From Candidatus Eiseniibacteriota bacterium (GTDB lineage Bacteria > Eisenbacteria > RBG-16-71-46): a stretch of 64,000 nt of DNA. Under the pieces are notes generated by a model, which was given only the letters and a program-made list of their open reading frames with translations, was not told the DNA's origin and ran no database searches. The stretch lies in contig CAVSAC010000010.1 in the NCBI GenBank assembly GCA_963725865.1, positions 832,001 through 896,000 of the forward strand, written 5' to 3'. Position numbers and translations under genes: made by a program. Every line of letters begins with the position of its first letter. Position 1 is the stretch's first letter. This document shows, piece after piece, positions 47,144-57,990 of the stretch.

Positions 47144-49561
47144 ATGTCACGCTCCCGGCTGGTCGTGCTCACCCTCCTGCTCGGTCTCGGATCCGCGCTG
47201 TCGCCCGGCGGCGCGCGCGCCGACGACGTCGCGCTTGGCTTCTCCGCCACCAACAACCCCAGCGGGTCGTGGCGCTATGGCTACTCGGCCGATCGCGGCA
47301 CCGCATTCACGCTGTTCGACACCCATGCGCCCGACGCCGCGGGGCTCGACGTGTGGAAGAAGGCCGGCACCCAGGCCACCGTCTCCCACAACGGCACCGG
47401 CGTCGGGAAACTGGTGGGCGGCACGGTGTACACGCCCGCAGGCGGGATCAACCTGATGCCGGGCGCCGCCGATGAATGGGCGGTGGTGCGCTGGACCGCG
47501 CCGGCGACCGGCTCGTACGCGGTGAACGCGCACTTCGTTCCGCGCGCGCTCCCCAACGCGGGCGGCGGCGCGGCCGAGGTGGCGCTGCTCCACGGCGCCG
47601 CGGTGGTGTTCGACCGCTGGGTCCAGTTCCCGATCGGGCTCACCACCGCGACCGTCACCGCCACGCTCGTGCTGAACGCGGGCGAGACCCTCGATCTCAC
47701 GGTCGGCAACGCCTCCGACGGGAACAACCTCGACGTGATCGGACTCGACGCCACCATCGACCGGGTGGCACCCGATCCGGGACCGGCGGGCCCCGTGTTC
47801 ACGCTCGGCGGGCAGCGTTTCGCGGCCTGCCGCTGGGGCTCGGTGTTCGAGTCGATCGCCTTCGACCCGGTGAACCACCGCATCGCCTCGCGCGGCTTCA
47901 TCCGCGACCTGTGCGGCAACCAGATCTCGACCGGCCCCGACGAGGCGCCCGGCCTGGCGTGGGATTCGCGCACCGGCACCTACTGGCAGATCCTCAATGA
48001 CCGCACGGTGCGGCGCTGGAGTGCGGCGGGTGCCCTGCTCGACACCGTGTTCGTGCTGCCGCTCACGTTCACGGTGCCGGTGAGCGGGCCGGACACGCTC
48101 GAGTCGGTGCGCGGGATCGCGACGGACTCCAACTTCGTGTACGTGGTCGACGCGGGGCCGAACCCGGGCACCATCCCTTCGTGCGAGTGGTTCAAGTTCT
48201 CGCGCACCGGCGCGCCGGTGAAGTCCTCGAAGAGCACCGATCTCCAGGCCCACCTCGGACCCGACCCCGACGCGCTGGTGGACGACATCGTGTACGTGCC
48301 GTTCGCCTCGCCGGTGCTGCCGGGGCGGCTGATCGTGGCGCTCGAGCACACCGGGCTGCAGGTGATCGACACCAACGGCAACTTCGTGTCGACGTTCCGC
48401 TGGACCGATCAGGGATACGCGACGCGGCCGCTGGCCGCGCTCGCGGGCGTGACCGTGGACCCGACGACCGGGAACGTGTACCTGGCCGACAACGACACCG
48501 GCGTGGCGCTGGTGCTCACCTACCTGGCGCAGCAGGGCGCGACCTCGTACGTGATCGGCGGCGAGGACGCGAGCGGAGGCCCGCCGACGCTGAGCGCGGT
48601 GCTCAAGGCCCCGAACCCCGGCTGCGACCTGCCGCTGTGGAAGCCGTGGGGGCTGCCGTCCGGCTCCAGCGGCAACTTCTTCGGTCTCGCCTACCGTGCG
48701 GTCGACCGCTCCGTCTATACGATGGACTACGGCGGCAGCGGCGAGCTGTGGCGCTTCGACCCGCGCCTCGGGAACGCGATGCGCGTGGGTGCCACCGGTC
48801 TCTCCAGCTCGTGGAGCCTGGCGTACGACAGCGAGCGCGACGTGCTCTACGGCGCGGTCGGATTCCCGTCGTCACGTATCGTCTCCATCGATCCGGCGAG
48901 CGGTGCCGCCACCTCGCTGCCCAATCCGAGCGGCTACTCGTTCGGCTCGTCCACCGACCTGGCGTGGGACTCGATCGACAAGAAGCTCTACGCGATCGAC
49001 GCGTCGGTCACCCCGCACCACCTGCTGCGCATCGACCGCGACACCGGGATCGCGCAGGTGGCCGGCAACACCACCGCGCGCAACGGCGGGCTCGAGTTCG
49101 ACGCCTCGATCGGCAAGTTGATCGCGCACGACGGGACCACCGGCGCGCTGGTGACGATCGATCCCACCACCGTGGCGACCCTGCCGTTCGTCTCGCTGCC
49201 GCGCGACGCGGGCTTCGAGGGGCTCGCGGTCGTGCCCGTGCCCGCGAACCCGGGGCTGCTGGCGGCGCCGGAGCCGGCGGCCGCGACGTTCTCGGGCGTG
49301 CGCGCGTTCCCGAATCCCGCCGCGGCCGGCGCCACCATCGCGTTCGCGCTGCCGGCGGCCGGGAGCGCCACGGTCGCGGTCTACGACGTGGCCGGCCGCC
49401 GCGTGCGCGAGCTGCGCCGGCAGTCGTTCGGCGCCGGCATGCAGCGCCTGGCGTGGGACGGCCGCGACGACGGCGGGCGCCCGGTGGGCGACGGCGTGTA
49501 CTTCGTGCGGGTCGAGACCGCGGAGCGCACCGCGGTGGCGCGGCTCACGGTGCTCCACTGA
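47144..49561 (+). CDS. Secreted multidomain protein (beta-sandwich plus beta-propeller-like repeats) with a C-terminal FlgD-Ig/T9SS-like domain
   Basis: Signal peptide; repeated LA(W/Y/F)D..LY blades; tail [32 protein letters not shown]. Confidence 0.8.
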   Translation: MSRSRLVVLTLLLGLGSALSPGGARADDVALGFSATNNPSGSWRYGYSADRGTAFTLFDTHAPDAAGLDVWKKAGTQATVSHNGTGVGKLVGGTVYTPAGGINLMPGAADEWAVVRWTAPATGSYAVNAHFVPRALPNAGGGAAEVALLHGAAVVFDRWVQFPIGLTTATVTATLVLNAGETLDLTVGNASDGNNLDVIGLDATIDRVAPDPGPAGPVFTLGGQRFAACRWGSVFESIAFDPVNHRIASRGFIRDLCGNQISTGPDEAPGLAWDSRTGTYWQILNDRTVRRWSAAGALLDTVFVLPLTFTVPVSGPDTLESVRGIATDSNFVYVVDAGPNPGTIPSCEWFKFSRTGAPVKSSKSTDLQAHLGPDPDALVDDIVYVPFASPVLPGRLIVALEHTGLQVIDTNGNFVSTFRWTDQGYATRPLAALAGVTVDPTTGNVYLADNDTGVALVLTYLAQQGATSYVIGGEDASGGPPTLSAVLKAPNPGCDLPLWKPWGLPSGSSGNFFGLAYRAVDRSVYTMDYGGSGELWRFDPRLGNAMRVGATGLSSSWSLAYDSERDVLYGAVGFPSSRIVSIDPASGAATSLPNPSGYSFGSSTDLAWDSIDKKLYAIDASVTPHHLLRIDRDTGIAQVAGNTTARNGGLEFDASIGKLIAHDGTTGALVTIDPTTVATLPFVSLPRDAGFEGLAVVPVPANPGLLAAPEPAAATFSGVRAFPNPAAAGATIAFALPAAGSATVAVYDVAGRRVRELRRQSFGAGMQRLAWDGRDDGGRPVGDGVYFVRVETAERTAVARLTVLH

Positions 49562-49596
49562 GGCCGGCGCGGCCGCGCCGCGCTCCCAAACACCGA

Positions 49597-49627
49597 CCGG
49601 CGAGGCGCCTGCGGGGCGCCTCGCCGG
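49597..49627. terminator. GC-rich hairpin between convergent genes
   Basis: CCGGCGAGGCGCC-TGCGG-GGCGCCTCGCCGG. Confidence 0.55.
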
Positions 49628-49661
49628 GTCGGATGCAGATCGCGGGTCGCGGCGGACCGCG

Positions 49662-51216
49662 TCAGGACTGGGTTGCCATCGCCTGCTTGAGCGGCCGGTT
49701 GAACAGCCAGATCGCGATGCCCGCGCCGCAGCCGAGCACCAGCAGGATGAGGAAGAAGGTCTCCTTCGGGAGCACGGTGTAGAGCTGGCCGATGTAGCCC
49801 GAGAGGATGTTGCCGAAGAAGCTCGACAGGAACCACATGCCCATCATCATCGACACGATGTGACGCGGCGAGACCTTGGTCACCAGCGAGAGCCCGACCG
49901 GCGACAGGTACAGCTCGCCGACGGTCAGCAGCATGGTGCAGATCACCGGCCACATCCAGCTCCCCTGCCCGCCGCCCACCACGCGCACGCCCGCGATCAT
50001 GACGATGAACGAGAGCCCGAGGATCAGCGAGCCGATCGCCATCTTCGCCACCGAGGTCGGCTCCGTGCCCTTCTTGTTCTGCCACAGCCAGAACTTGTCG
50101 AGGAAGGGCGCGAACAGGAAGATGAAGAACGGGTTCACCGACTGGAACCAGGTCGAGGGCACCTGGAAGCCGAAGAGCATCGGCCACACCGTCTTCTCGT
50201 CCGCCCACGTCTGCATGGTGTTGCCCTGCTGCTCGTACACCGCCCAGAACACGATGTTGAGCGCGCACAGGATCACCAGCGCCCACACCCGGCTCAGCTC
50301 GTCCTTGGTCAGCGGACCGTGGCCGTGGCCCTTCTCCTGCGGCTTGGACTTGTCCGCCTGCGCCATCTCGCGCATCTGGAGCGTGTCGGGCGCCAGGAAG
50401 CGCTGGCCGAACGCCTGCACCACCAGGCCGGTGCACATGCCGACGCCGGCCGCGAAGAATCCCCAGCGCCAGCCGTAGAACGCCGCCAGCGTGCCGCAGA
50501 TCAGGTTGCAGATGAACGCGCCGAGGTTGATTCCCATGTAGAAGATGGTGAACGCGCCGTCGCGGCGCGGGTCGCCGGCGGGATAGAGGCTGCCCACCTG
50601 GGTCGAGATGTTGGGCTTGAAGAACCCGTTGCCCAGGATCAGGAACATGAGCGCGATGAAGAAGAAGCTCTCGGAGCCCCACAGCATGAACTGGCCGAGC
50701 GCCATCAGGCCGCCGCCGATGAACACCGACTTCTTCTGGCCCAGGAACTTGTCGGCGAGGTAGCCGCCGAGCAGCGGGGTCAGGTAGACGAGCCCGGTGT
50801 ACCAGCCGTAGATGACCGAGGCGCCCGGCTGCACCGCGCAGGTCTCGGTCGCGATGCGATGCGCGACGTCCGGCGCCAGCGCCGCCGCCCCGGTCGCGTG
50901 GGCGCTCGCCATCAGCGACGTGACACGCTCCGCGGCGCACTCCGTGAGCCGGGCGGGGTCGAGCGACGGGAGCAGGCGCTTGACGATCGACCAGCCGATG
51001 ACCGTGTGCGGATCGCCGGCGCGCGTCGAAGCCCTTGCCCTGCATCGACTGCCGGATGGTCACGAACAGGTAGTTCACCATGTACAGCTTCAGCAGGCCG
51101 CGCATCCCGTAGTACGAGAAGCGCTCCCACATCTCGGTGAAGAACAGCACGAACAGCCCGATCGGATGGCCGAACAGGGTGCGCGTATCCTTCGGACTGG
51201 TAGCGGTGGCGCTCAC
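49662..51216 (-). CDS. POT/PTR family peptide transporter; apparent frameshift near 51022
   Basis: [18 protein letters not shown] in one frame; [34 protein letters not shown] in the other. Confidence 0.9.
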
Positions 51217-51433
51217 GATGGGATCCCCAGGGACGTGTGTGACCGCGACTCGGGAACGAGGGCGCGTCAGCGGCCGGACCGGCCCCGCCGCGCAGACCGC
51301 GGCAGGATACGCATTCCGGTGGCCGCGGTGAAGGATTCTTCACCGCCGCGGAGATCCAGAAGCCGGGAGTGCGCCGTCCCGGGCCGGCGATGAACCCGGG
51401 GCAGCGCGCCGGCACGGCGTATCGTACACACGA

Positions 51434-51470
51434 CGAGGCCGGCGACGGAGACGTTCCGTCGCCGGCCTCG
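51434..51470 (-). terminator. 16-bp hairpin downstream of the secreted protein gene
   Basis: CGAGGCCGGCGACGGA-GACGT-TCCGTCGCCGGCCTCG. Confidence 0.6.
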
Positions 51471-51481
51471 ATGCACTGCGA

Positions 51482-52189
51482 TCAGCGCGTCCCGGCGTAG
51501 CGCGACTTGATCGCGCCCCAGCTCGCGCTCTGCGACGGCGTGGCGCCGTCGTAGTGCACGGTCACGCTCCAGTCGTCGATGCCGCCGAGGAGCGTGCTGC
51601 CGCCGCCCCCGACGCTGGTGGAGTTCGAGCGGTAGAAGCCGAACTGGATCGGGCCGCCGGCATTCGAGAAGTCGGGGTTCTGGACGCCGGGAGCCGCGGC
51701 GTCGAAGCTCGCCGCGGTGAGCCCCGGCTGCGCGGTCGCGACCCAGACATTGAGCGTGCTCGGGGTGACGAAGCCCGGCCCGTAGTAGATGACGCCGCCC
51801 TGCCGCAGCGCCACGCCGCAGGCCTGCACGCCGGCGGCCAGGCGGATCGACGATTCGGAGTAGTCGATCGCGGAGATCGGCCCGTTGGTGGCGGGGTTGA
51901 ACAGCGCGCCGGCGCGGGCGTGGAAGCCGAACACCGTGTTGGAGAAACCGAACCCGATGGCGCTGTTCAAGGTGTTGTCGATGCGCCGGTAGGGACCCGA
52001 CGTGCCGCCGGTGGCGACCTGCGTCCCGGTCACCGAGCCGCCGAGGTTGAGCAGCTCGGTCGTGATGCTCCAATCGGCATTGATGAACGTGGCATCGTTG
52101 AAGCTCGCGGTCTGGGCCCTCGCGGCGGGGGTGGCGACGAGGACGAACGTGAAGGTGAGGAGCGCGGCGGCGTGGAGTCGGGGACGCAT
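51482..52189 (-). CDS. Secreted hypothetical protein with a C-terminal SWGAIKSRY tail
   Basis: GGAGGG before ATG; signal peptide ending PAARA; beta-rich domain; tail TPSQSASWGAIKSRY. Confidence 0.8.
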   Translation of the reverse strand: MRPRLHAAALLTFTFVLVATPAARAQTASFNDATFINADWSITTELLNLGGSVTGTQVATGGTSGPYRRIDNTLNSAIGFGFSNTVFGFHARAGALFNPATNGPISAIDYSESSIRLAAGVQACGVALRQGGVIYYGPGFVTPSTLNVWVATAQPGLTAASFDAAAPGVQNPDFSNAGGPIQFGFYRSNSTSVGGGGSTLLGGIDDWSVTVHYDGATPSQSASWGAIKSRYAGTR

Positions 52190-52431
52190 GGACCCTCCGG
52201 GATGTGGTGAGCGATGGTGCCTGTGGTCGAGGCGAGCTCGACGTACACGTGGCATCGCGCGGGGGTCGTCGGCCAGGTGGCCGCCGAATCTAACGCGAGC
52301 GACCGGCCGTCCGCCACGGCGAAATGGAGCCGGCGCGATCACCGGGGGCTCCGGCCGGCGGGGCCGGGCTCCGGGATCGGCGCCGCGACGCGGCCCGGCG
52401 GGCGCCGGGTCCGGAGCGGTTCAGTCGCGCG

Positions 52432-53154
52432 TCAGGCGTGCGCCTTCGCGGCGTCCGCCCGCAGCCGCTCGAACTTCTCCAGCGCGGCCATCGCGACCAG
52501 GCTCACCGCGGCCTCGACCGGGATGCCGGCGCGGTTGAGCACCAGGTCGTAGCCGAGCGGGTCGTCGATGTCGGCGCCGTACACCTTGCGAATGAACTCG
52601 CGCCGCTCGCGGTCGGCGACGTCGATCGTGTGCTCGGCATCGTGCGGGCTCAGCCCCTCGTGATCGATCAGCCGCCGGATCCGCACGTCGCGCGGTGCGA
52701 CCACCCGCACGTGGAATCCGCGGTCGTGCCCGATGATGAAGTTCGCGCCGCGGCCCACCACCACCACGCCGCCCAGTTGCGACATCGCGAGCACGGTCTC
52801 GAGCAGCGCGCGCACGTAGTCGGACGCCGTGATGTAGCGGCCGGCGAACATCGCCTCGAGCCACGCCGCGATCTCGGAGCGCGTGTGCTCGTCGAGCGTC
52901 TCCAGGAGGCGGCGCTGGTAGCCGGTGGTGGCGCAGATGCGATCGAGCAGGTCGCGGTGCAGGAGCGTGTAGTCGAACCGCTCGGCGAGCTGCCCGGCCA
53001 GCAGCGTGCCACCGCTGCCGCGCTGGCGCGAGATGGTGATCACCGGTTGGTGCACGGGATGAGCGGCCTCGGGCCGCGGGAGCGTGCGGGCCAGCCGCCG
53101 CTCGAGTTCCCATCGTCTCAGCTGGCGATCGAGGATGGCATCGGTGGACGGCAT
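52432..53154 (-). CDS. Cytidylate kinase-like family protein
   Basis: VITISRQRGSGG, VVVGRGAN, DRERREFI, YDLVLN; AAGGAGG before ATG. Confidence 0.88.
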   Translation of the reverse strand: MPSTDAILDRQLRRWELERRLARTLPRPEAAHPVHQPVITISRQRGSGGTLLAGQLAERFDYTLLHRDLLDRICATTGYQRRLLETLDEHTRSEIAAWLEAMFAGRYITASDYVRALLETVLAMSQLGGVVVVGRGANFIIGHDRGFHVRVVAPRDVRIRRLIDHEGLSPHDAEHTIDVADRERREFIRKVYGADIDDPLGYDLVLNRAGIPVEAAVSLVAMAALEKFERLRADAAKAHA

Positions 53155-53430
53155 GGCCGCCTCCTTCGCCACCGGGGTGCCGCGAGCGATTCGTCGCGCA
53201 CGGGCGCCACCGCGCGTCCGCCGCAGATTCGCGGCCCGCCGGGGCTTTCGTTGACCCGAGCCTAGCACCCGGGCCGGGTTCCGACGAATGCCGCTGCTCG
53301 CTTCGGGGCTCGCGCCGGGATCGCACACCGGGCTCTCGCACCGCGGCGGTCCCTGCGACTAAGATGGCCCCGTCGGGACCGCCTCGGGGTCTCCCCCGCC
53401 GGGCGCGGCCCCATCCCGGAGGTCGCCGTC

Positions 53431-54216
53431 ATGCACCGCACCGCGTCCGTGCTGGCCCCGCTGCTCCTGTTGGCCCTCTCCATCTCTGCCGCGCACGCGG
53501 GCCCGTGGTACGTGCGTGGCAACTACTATTGCGCCGACAGCACGAACGATCCGGAAGCCGGCGGCACCTGCTGGGGCTGGGACGGCGCGAACGAGATGTT
53601 CGACGACGGCCTGCACGGCGACGACGCGCCCAACGACGGGATCTTCGGCGCGTACGTGCCCTGCACCGAGCCCGCGGGCAAGCTCGGGTTCAAGGTCGCG
53701 CTCAACGACTGGAGCGAGTCGCATCCCAACTCGCCGATCGACGTGTTCGCGAACGCGGTGGTGTACGCGGGCGGCCCGGGGGACGTGATCCACTTCCGCT
53801 TCGACACCGGCTACATCGGGGACGGCTGGCAGCCGTACTTCGACGCCGTCTCCACCGATCACGGCATGCCGCCCGGAGCGCAGCTCGAGGTCATCGGCAG
53901 CGCGCCCGAGACCGGATCGTGGAACAACGGAATCCCGCTGAACCACATCGGCCAGCGCTGGCAGCAGGTGATCCCCATCCACACGCCGGGGGTGTACGAG
54001 TTCAAGATCCGCGTCGCGGGGACCTGGTCCGAGGTGGCGTTCGGCTACGACTACAACAACACCCAGGGCTCGAACGCCGTCTACCAGACCCTGCTGCCCG
54101 ACACCGACGTGCTGTTCCAGTTCGACGAGATCACCGGCCGCGTGCGCGGCATCGAGCTGGGGCAGACGCCGTCGGCGCGCACGTCGTGGGGACAGCTGAA
54201 GACGCGCTATCGGTGA
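53431..54216 (+). CDS. Secreted protein with a DDG..DG acidic motif, two starch-binding-like beta-sandwich repeats and a C-terminal SWGQLKTRYR tail
   Basis: Signal peptide; MFDDGLHGDDAPNDGIF; V(R/I)G..W..FK(V/I)..W pattern occurs twice; tail TPSARTSWGQLKTRYR. Confidence 0.75.
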   Translation: MHRTASVLAPLLLLALSISAAHAGPWYVRGNYYCADSTNDPEAGGTCWGWDGANEMFDDGLHGDDAPNDGIFGAYVPCTEPAGKLGFKVALNDWSESHPNSPIDVFANAVVYAGGPGDVIHFRFDTGYIGDGWQPYFDAVSTDHGMPPGAQLEVIGSAPETGSWNNGIPLNHIGQRWQQVIPIHTPGVYEFKIRVAGTWSEVAFGYDYNNTQGSNAVYQTLLPDTDVLFQFDEITGRVRGIELGQTPSARTSWGQLKTRYR

Positions 54217-54285
54217 GCGCCCGGTGCCCGGACCGAAGGGCGCGCCGTGTCTGGGCAGTGGATCGCCCTCCGCCCGCTCGACGAG

Positions 54286-54315
54286 CGAGGCCCCGCCGCT
54301 GCCGGCGGGGCCTCG
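54286..54315. terminator. GC-rich hairpin between convergent genes
   Basis: CGAGGCCCCGCCG-CTGC-CGGCGGGGCCTCG. Confidence 0.55.
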
Positions 54316-54368
54316 TGCGTTGGTGCGCGCAGATCGGCGCGCCCGCGTGAGGCGAGCGATCCCGCCCG

Positions 54369-57300
54369 CTACTCCTTCCGCCAGTCCGGCACCCGGCCCG
54401 GCGTCCACGGCGCGCCGGCCGCCTCGGCGTCACGCTCGAGGTCGCGCAGATCGGCCTCGATCAGCGTCTTCACCCGCGGCAGCAGGGTCTCGAACGCGGC
54501 GGCCGCGACGTCGTACTCGTGGCGCAGCGTGTTCGTGGGATCGCCGGTCGTGTACCAGTGGCCGGTCACCACCCGGTCGATGCGGTCGGTGATCGAGGGC
54601 GACGTGGGCTCGTTGCGTGTCGCGAGGAACGCGTCGCCGTCCAGCTCGAGCTGCAGGTCCTTCACGCGCTGCTCGAGCGCGCGCGCCCGCGTCGCGAGCG
54701 CCGAGGTCTCGGCGCCCGGCGTGTCGTCGAGCGCCTTCTTGAGCAGCGTCAGCCGGTCCTGCGCGTCCTCGAGCGCGCGCGAGGCGCCGAGTGCGGCGCG
54801 CTGCAGGCGCGCGGTCCGCAGCTGGAACGCCTGCAGCGCCCCGCGGTCGGCGGGCGGCAGCGTGGCGTCGCCGAGCGGCGCGATCGTGAACTCGGCGGGC
54901 GCCGACGAGGCGACCACCTTGCCTTCGGCGAGCGTGGCGAGCGTCACGCGATAGGTACCGGGTGCCGCGAGCGGGCCGACCGGCGGCTGGTCCCACGGCG
55001 CGAGATCGGCGGGTGTCAGCCGCGCGGGCCGGCTCGACGGATAGCGCAGGTCCCAGCTCACGCGGTGAAAGCCCGCGGTGACCGGCCCGCTGATCCGGCG
55101 CACCACGTTGCCCGCTTCGTCCGTGACGACGAGCACCGCGGCCGGCGCCTCCTCGCGGGCTTCGGCGCGCAGGCTGTCCCAGGTCGGGTAGAAGGTGTCG
55201 GCGCCCCGCTTCGCGATCGCCTGCTCGCGCTCCTGGCGCTGTTTCTCGCGGGTCTTGATCGCGTTCGCCAGGTAGTAGGTGAACGTGGCGCCGAGCGGCG
55301 GGTTCGGGGCGGTGAAGAACGCGTCGCCCTGGAACGACTTGTCGCGCCCGCCGAGCGGCGACGCGGGCGCGAACACGCGCGCCGGGCGCACCGGCATCAG
55401 CGCCGCCGCGCTGTCGAGCAGCGCCGCGCCCACGTGGCGCAGCGGCGACAGGTCGTCGAGGACGTAGAAGCCGCGGCCGAACGTCGCGACCACCAGGTCG
55501 TCGTCGCGCCGCTGGATCGCGAGGTCCTTCACGCAGACCGTCGGCATGCCGCCCTTGAGCTGGATCCACTTCCGGCCGCCGTCGGCGGTGAAGAACACGC
55601 CGAACTCGGTCCCCGCGAACAGCAGGTCGGGATCGCGGGTGTCCTCGGCGAGTGCGTACACGGTGCCGCGCGCCGGCAGGTCACCGGCGATGCTGGTCCA
55701 CGAGCGGCCGAGGTCGGTGCTCTTCAGCACGTAGGGCCGGAAGTCGCCCATCTTGTGGTTGTCGAACGCGGCGTAGAGCGTGCCGTCGGCGTGCCGCGAG
55801 GCCTCGAGGCGCGAGACGTACGCGAGGTCGGGCACGCCGGGGAACCGGTCGATGCGCCGCCACGCGCGGCCGCCGTCCTCGGTCACCTGCACCAGGCCGT
55901 CGTCGGTGCCGACCGCGATCACGCCCTCCTTCCGCGGCGACTCGCTGAGCGCCACGATGTTCCCGTAGAACGAGGTCGACGCGTTGTGGGCGACCGCGTC
56001 CACGCTCCAGACCCGGTCCATCACCTTCATCTTGTTGCGGTCGAGCTGGCGGCTCAGGTCGCCGCTCACCGCCACCCAGGTGTCGCCGCGGTCGTCGCTG
56101 CGGAACAGCCGCTGCGCCGCGAAGTAGAGCCGGGTGTGCGCGTGCGGGCTGATGATCAGTGGGGAGTCCCAGTTCCAGCGCAGCGGCGGATCGCCGGGCC
56201 CGGGCTGCGGCTGCAGGTCGATCGTCTCGCCGGTGCGCCGGTCGAGGCGCACCAGCGCGCCGTACTGCGCCTCGGAGTACACGATCATCGGATCGGTCGG
56301 ATCGACGCGGGTCTGGAAGCCGTCGCCGCCGGTGGTGACGAAGCAGTCCTGGTTGGTGATGCCGTGCTCGGTCCGCGTGCGCGACGGCACGCCGAGCGAG
56401 TAGTTGTCCTGGGTGCCGCCGTACACCAGGTAGAACGGCTCGCTGTTGTCCACCTCGAGCTTGTAGAACTGGGTGACCGGCAGGTTCCCGAAGAACCGCC
56501 AGGTCGCGCCGCGGTCGTACGACTCGTAGAGCCCGCCGTCGCAGCCGCTGAGGAGATGGTCGCTGCGTCCGGGCTCGATCCACAGCGCGTGGTTGTCCAC
56601 GTGCTTGAACGTCTCGCCCACGCGCTTGAAGGTCTTGCCGGCGTCCTGGGTCACCATCATCCAGGTGTCCATCAGGTAGACGCGACCGTCGACGCCCGGG
56701 TCCGCGATCAGCTCCTGGTAGTACTGCGCGCTCCCGCTCACGTAGTCGGAGCGCTTGTCCCAGTGGCTCCCGCCGTCGGTCGAGCGGTAGAAGCCGCCGT
56801 TCTTCCGCGTCGCCTCGACCGTGGCGTAGATCGTGTTGGGGTCCTGCGGCGAGAGGCAGATGCCGATGCGGCCGAGGTCGCCCTCCGGCAGGCCGCTCGT
56901 CAGTTTGCTCCACGTCTTGCCGCCGTCGCTGCTCTTGTGGATGCCCGAGCCGGGACCGCCGTCCACCATCGTCCACACGCGGCGCCCGCGCTGGTAGGAC
57001 ACGGCGTACAGCACGTCGTGGTCGCGCGGGTCGATCACCACCTCGCTCACGCCCGTCCAGCCGTCGATCGCGAGCACCCGGTTCCAGGTCGCGCCGCCAT
57101 CGGTGGTCTTGTACAGGCCGCGGTCGCCGCCCGCGGACCACAGCGGCCCCTGGCAGGCCACGTACACCGTGCGGCTGTCGGTGGGGTCCACCGCGATCTG
57201 GCCGATGTGCTCGCTGGCGGCGAGCCCGAGCTTCTTCCACGAGTGCCCGCCATCGACCGACTTGTAGACGCCGTCGCCGTAGCTCACCGAGCGCTGGCTG

Positions 57301-57677
57301 TTGTTCTCGCCGGTCCCCACCCACACGGTCAGCGGGTCCTTCGGGTCCAGCGTCACGCAGCCGATCGAGTACGAGCCCTGGTCGTCGAAGATGGGACTGA
57401 ACGTGGTGCCCGCGTTCGTGGTCTTCCAGACCCCGCCGCTCGCGACCGCCACGTACCAGGTCTTGGGGTCGGTCCGGTCGACGGCCAGGTCGATGACGCG
57501 GCCCGAGGTGAGCGCCGGGCCGAGGCTGCGCAGCGTCAATCCGGAGAACGTGTCGCTGACGAACTTGCTCTCGGCGGTCTTGGGGGCGGGCTTCGCGCTC
57601 GTCGGAGCGGCCGCGGCGGAGACCGCCGGGGACGCGATCACGAGCGCGAGGCTGACGGCGGCGACGATTCGGCGCAT
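54369..57677 (-). CDS. VPS10/sortilin-like BNR (Asp-box) repeat protein, putative glycosyl hydrolase
   Basis: RSLGPALTSGR; many (K/R)SxDGGx(T/S)W Asp-boxes; GGTQDN, GGDGF, RWNWDSP, ATFGRGFY. Confidence 0.9.
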   Translation of the reverse strand: MRRIVAAVSLALVIASPAVSAAAAPTSAKPAPKTAESKFVSDTFSGLTLRSLGPALTSGRVIDLAVDRTDPKTWYVAVASGGVWKTTNAGTTFSPIFDDQGSYSIGCVTLDPKDPLTVWVGTGENNSQRSVSYGDGVYKSVDGGHSWKKLGLAASEHIGQIAVDPTDSRTVYVACQGPLWSAGGDRGLYKTTDGGATWNRVLAIDGWTGVSEVVIDPRDHDVLYAVSYQRGRRVWTMVDGGPGSGIHKSSDGGKTWSKLTSGLPEGDLGRIGICLSPQDPNTIYATVEATRKNGGFYRSTDGGSHWDKRSDYVSGSAQYYQELIADPGVDGRVYLMDTWMMVTQDAGKTFKRVGETFKHVDNHALWIEPGRSDHLLSGCDGGLYESYDRGATWRFFGNLPVTQFYKLEVDNSEPFYLVYGGTQDNYSLGVPSRTRTEHGITNQDCFVTTGGDGFQTRVDPTDPMIVYSEAQYGALVRLDRRTGETIDLQPQPGPGDPPLRWNWDSPLIISPHAHTRLYFAAQRLFRSDDRGDTWVAVSGDLSRQLDRNKMKVMDRVWSVDAVAHNASTSFYGNIVALSESPRKEGVIAVGTDDGLVQVTEDGGRAWRRIDRFPGVPDLAYVSRLEASRHADGTLYAAFDNHKMGDFRPYVLKSTDLGRSWTSIAGDLPARGTVYALAEDTRDPDLLFAGTEFGVFFTADGGRKWIQLKGGMPTVCVKDLAIQRRDDDLVVATFGRGFYVLDDLSPLRHVGAALLDSAAALMPVRPARVFAPASPLGGRDKSFQGDAFFTAPNPPLGATFTYYLANAIKTREKQRQEREQAIAKRGADTFYPTWDSLRAEAREEAPAAVLVVTDEAGNVVRRISGPVTAGFHRVSWDLRYPSSRPARLTPADLAPWDQPPVGPLAAPGTYRVTLATLAEGKVVASSAPAEFTIAPLGDATLPPADRGALQAFQLRTARLQRAALGASRALEDAQDRLTLLKKALDDTPGAETSALATRARALEQRVKDLQLELDGDAFLATRNEPTSPSITDRIDRVVTGHWYTTGDPTNTLRHEYDVAAAAFETLLPRVKTLIEADLRDLERDAEAAGAPWTPGRVPDWRKE

Positions 57678-57990
57678 CGACGGGTCCCTCGCATGCAGGT
57701 GAGGCCGGCGCCGCGAACCGGGCCGGCCGGATGGAGACGGAGGCGCGGACTGTAGCCCCGCGGACCCCCGGGCGCGAGCAGCCCGCCCGACGAGCGCGGC
57801 AGAGCGAGCGCACGAGCGCGGAACCGCGCGCGCGCCGCGTTCGTCGCGCCATTCGTTCACGCCTCGACAAACTTGCGCGTCCGACCCAACCCGGCCTTGT
57901 ACGCGTGCAACCCCGGGCGTCTGCTGTCCGTCGAAGCAGGCACGACACGGCCGCGGCGCTGCGCTCACTCGACTCGAATCGGAGGTGACC

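Noticed and set aside
53360..53433. Possible SD-sequestering pairing upstream of the 53431 gene
   Set aside because: The pairing is short and interrupted, and not distinguishable from GC-rich background.
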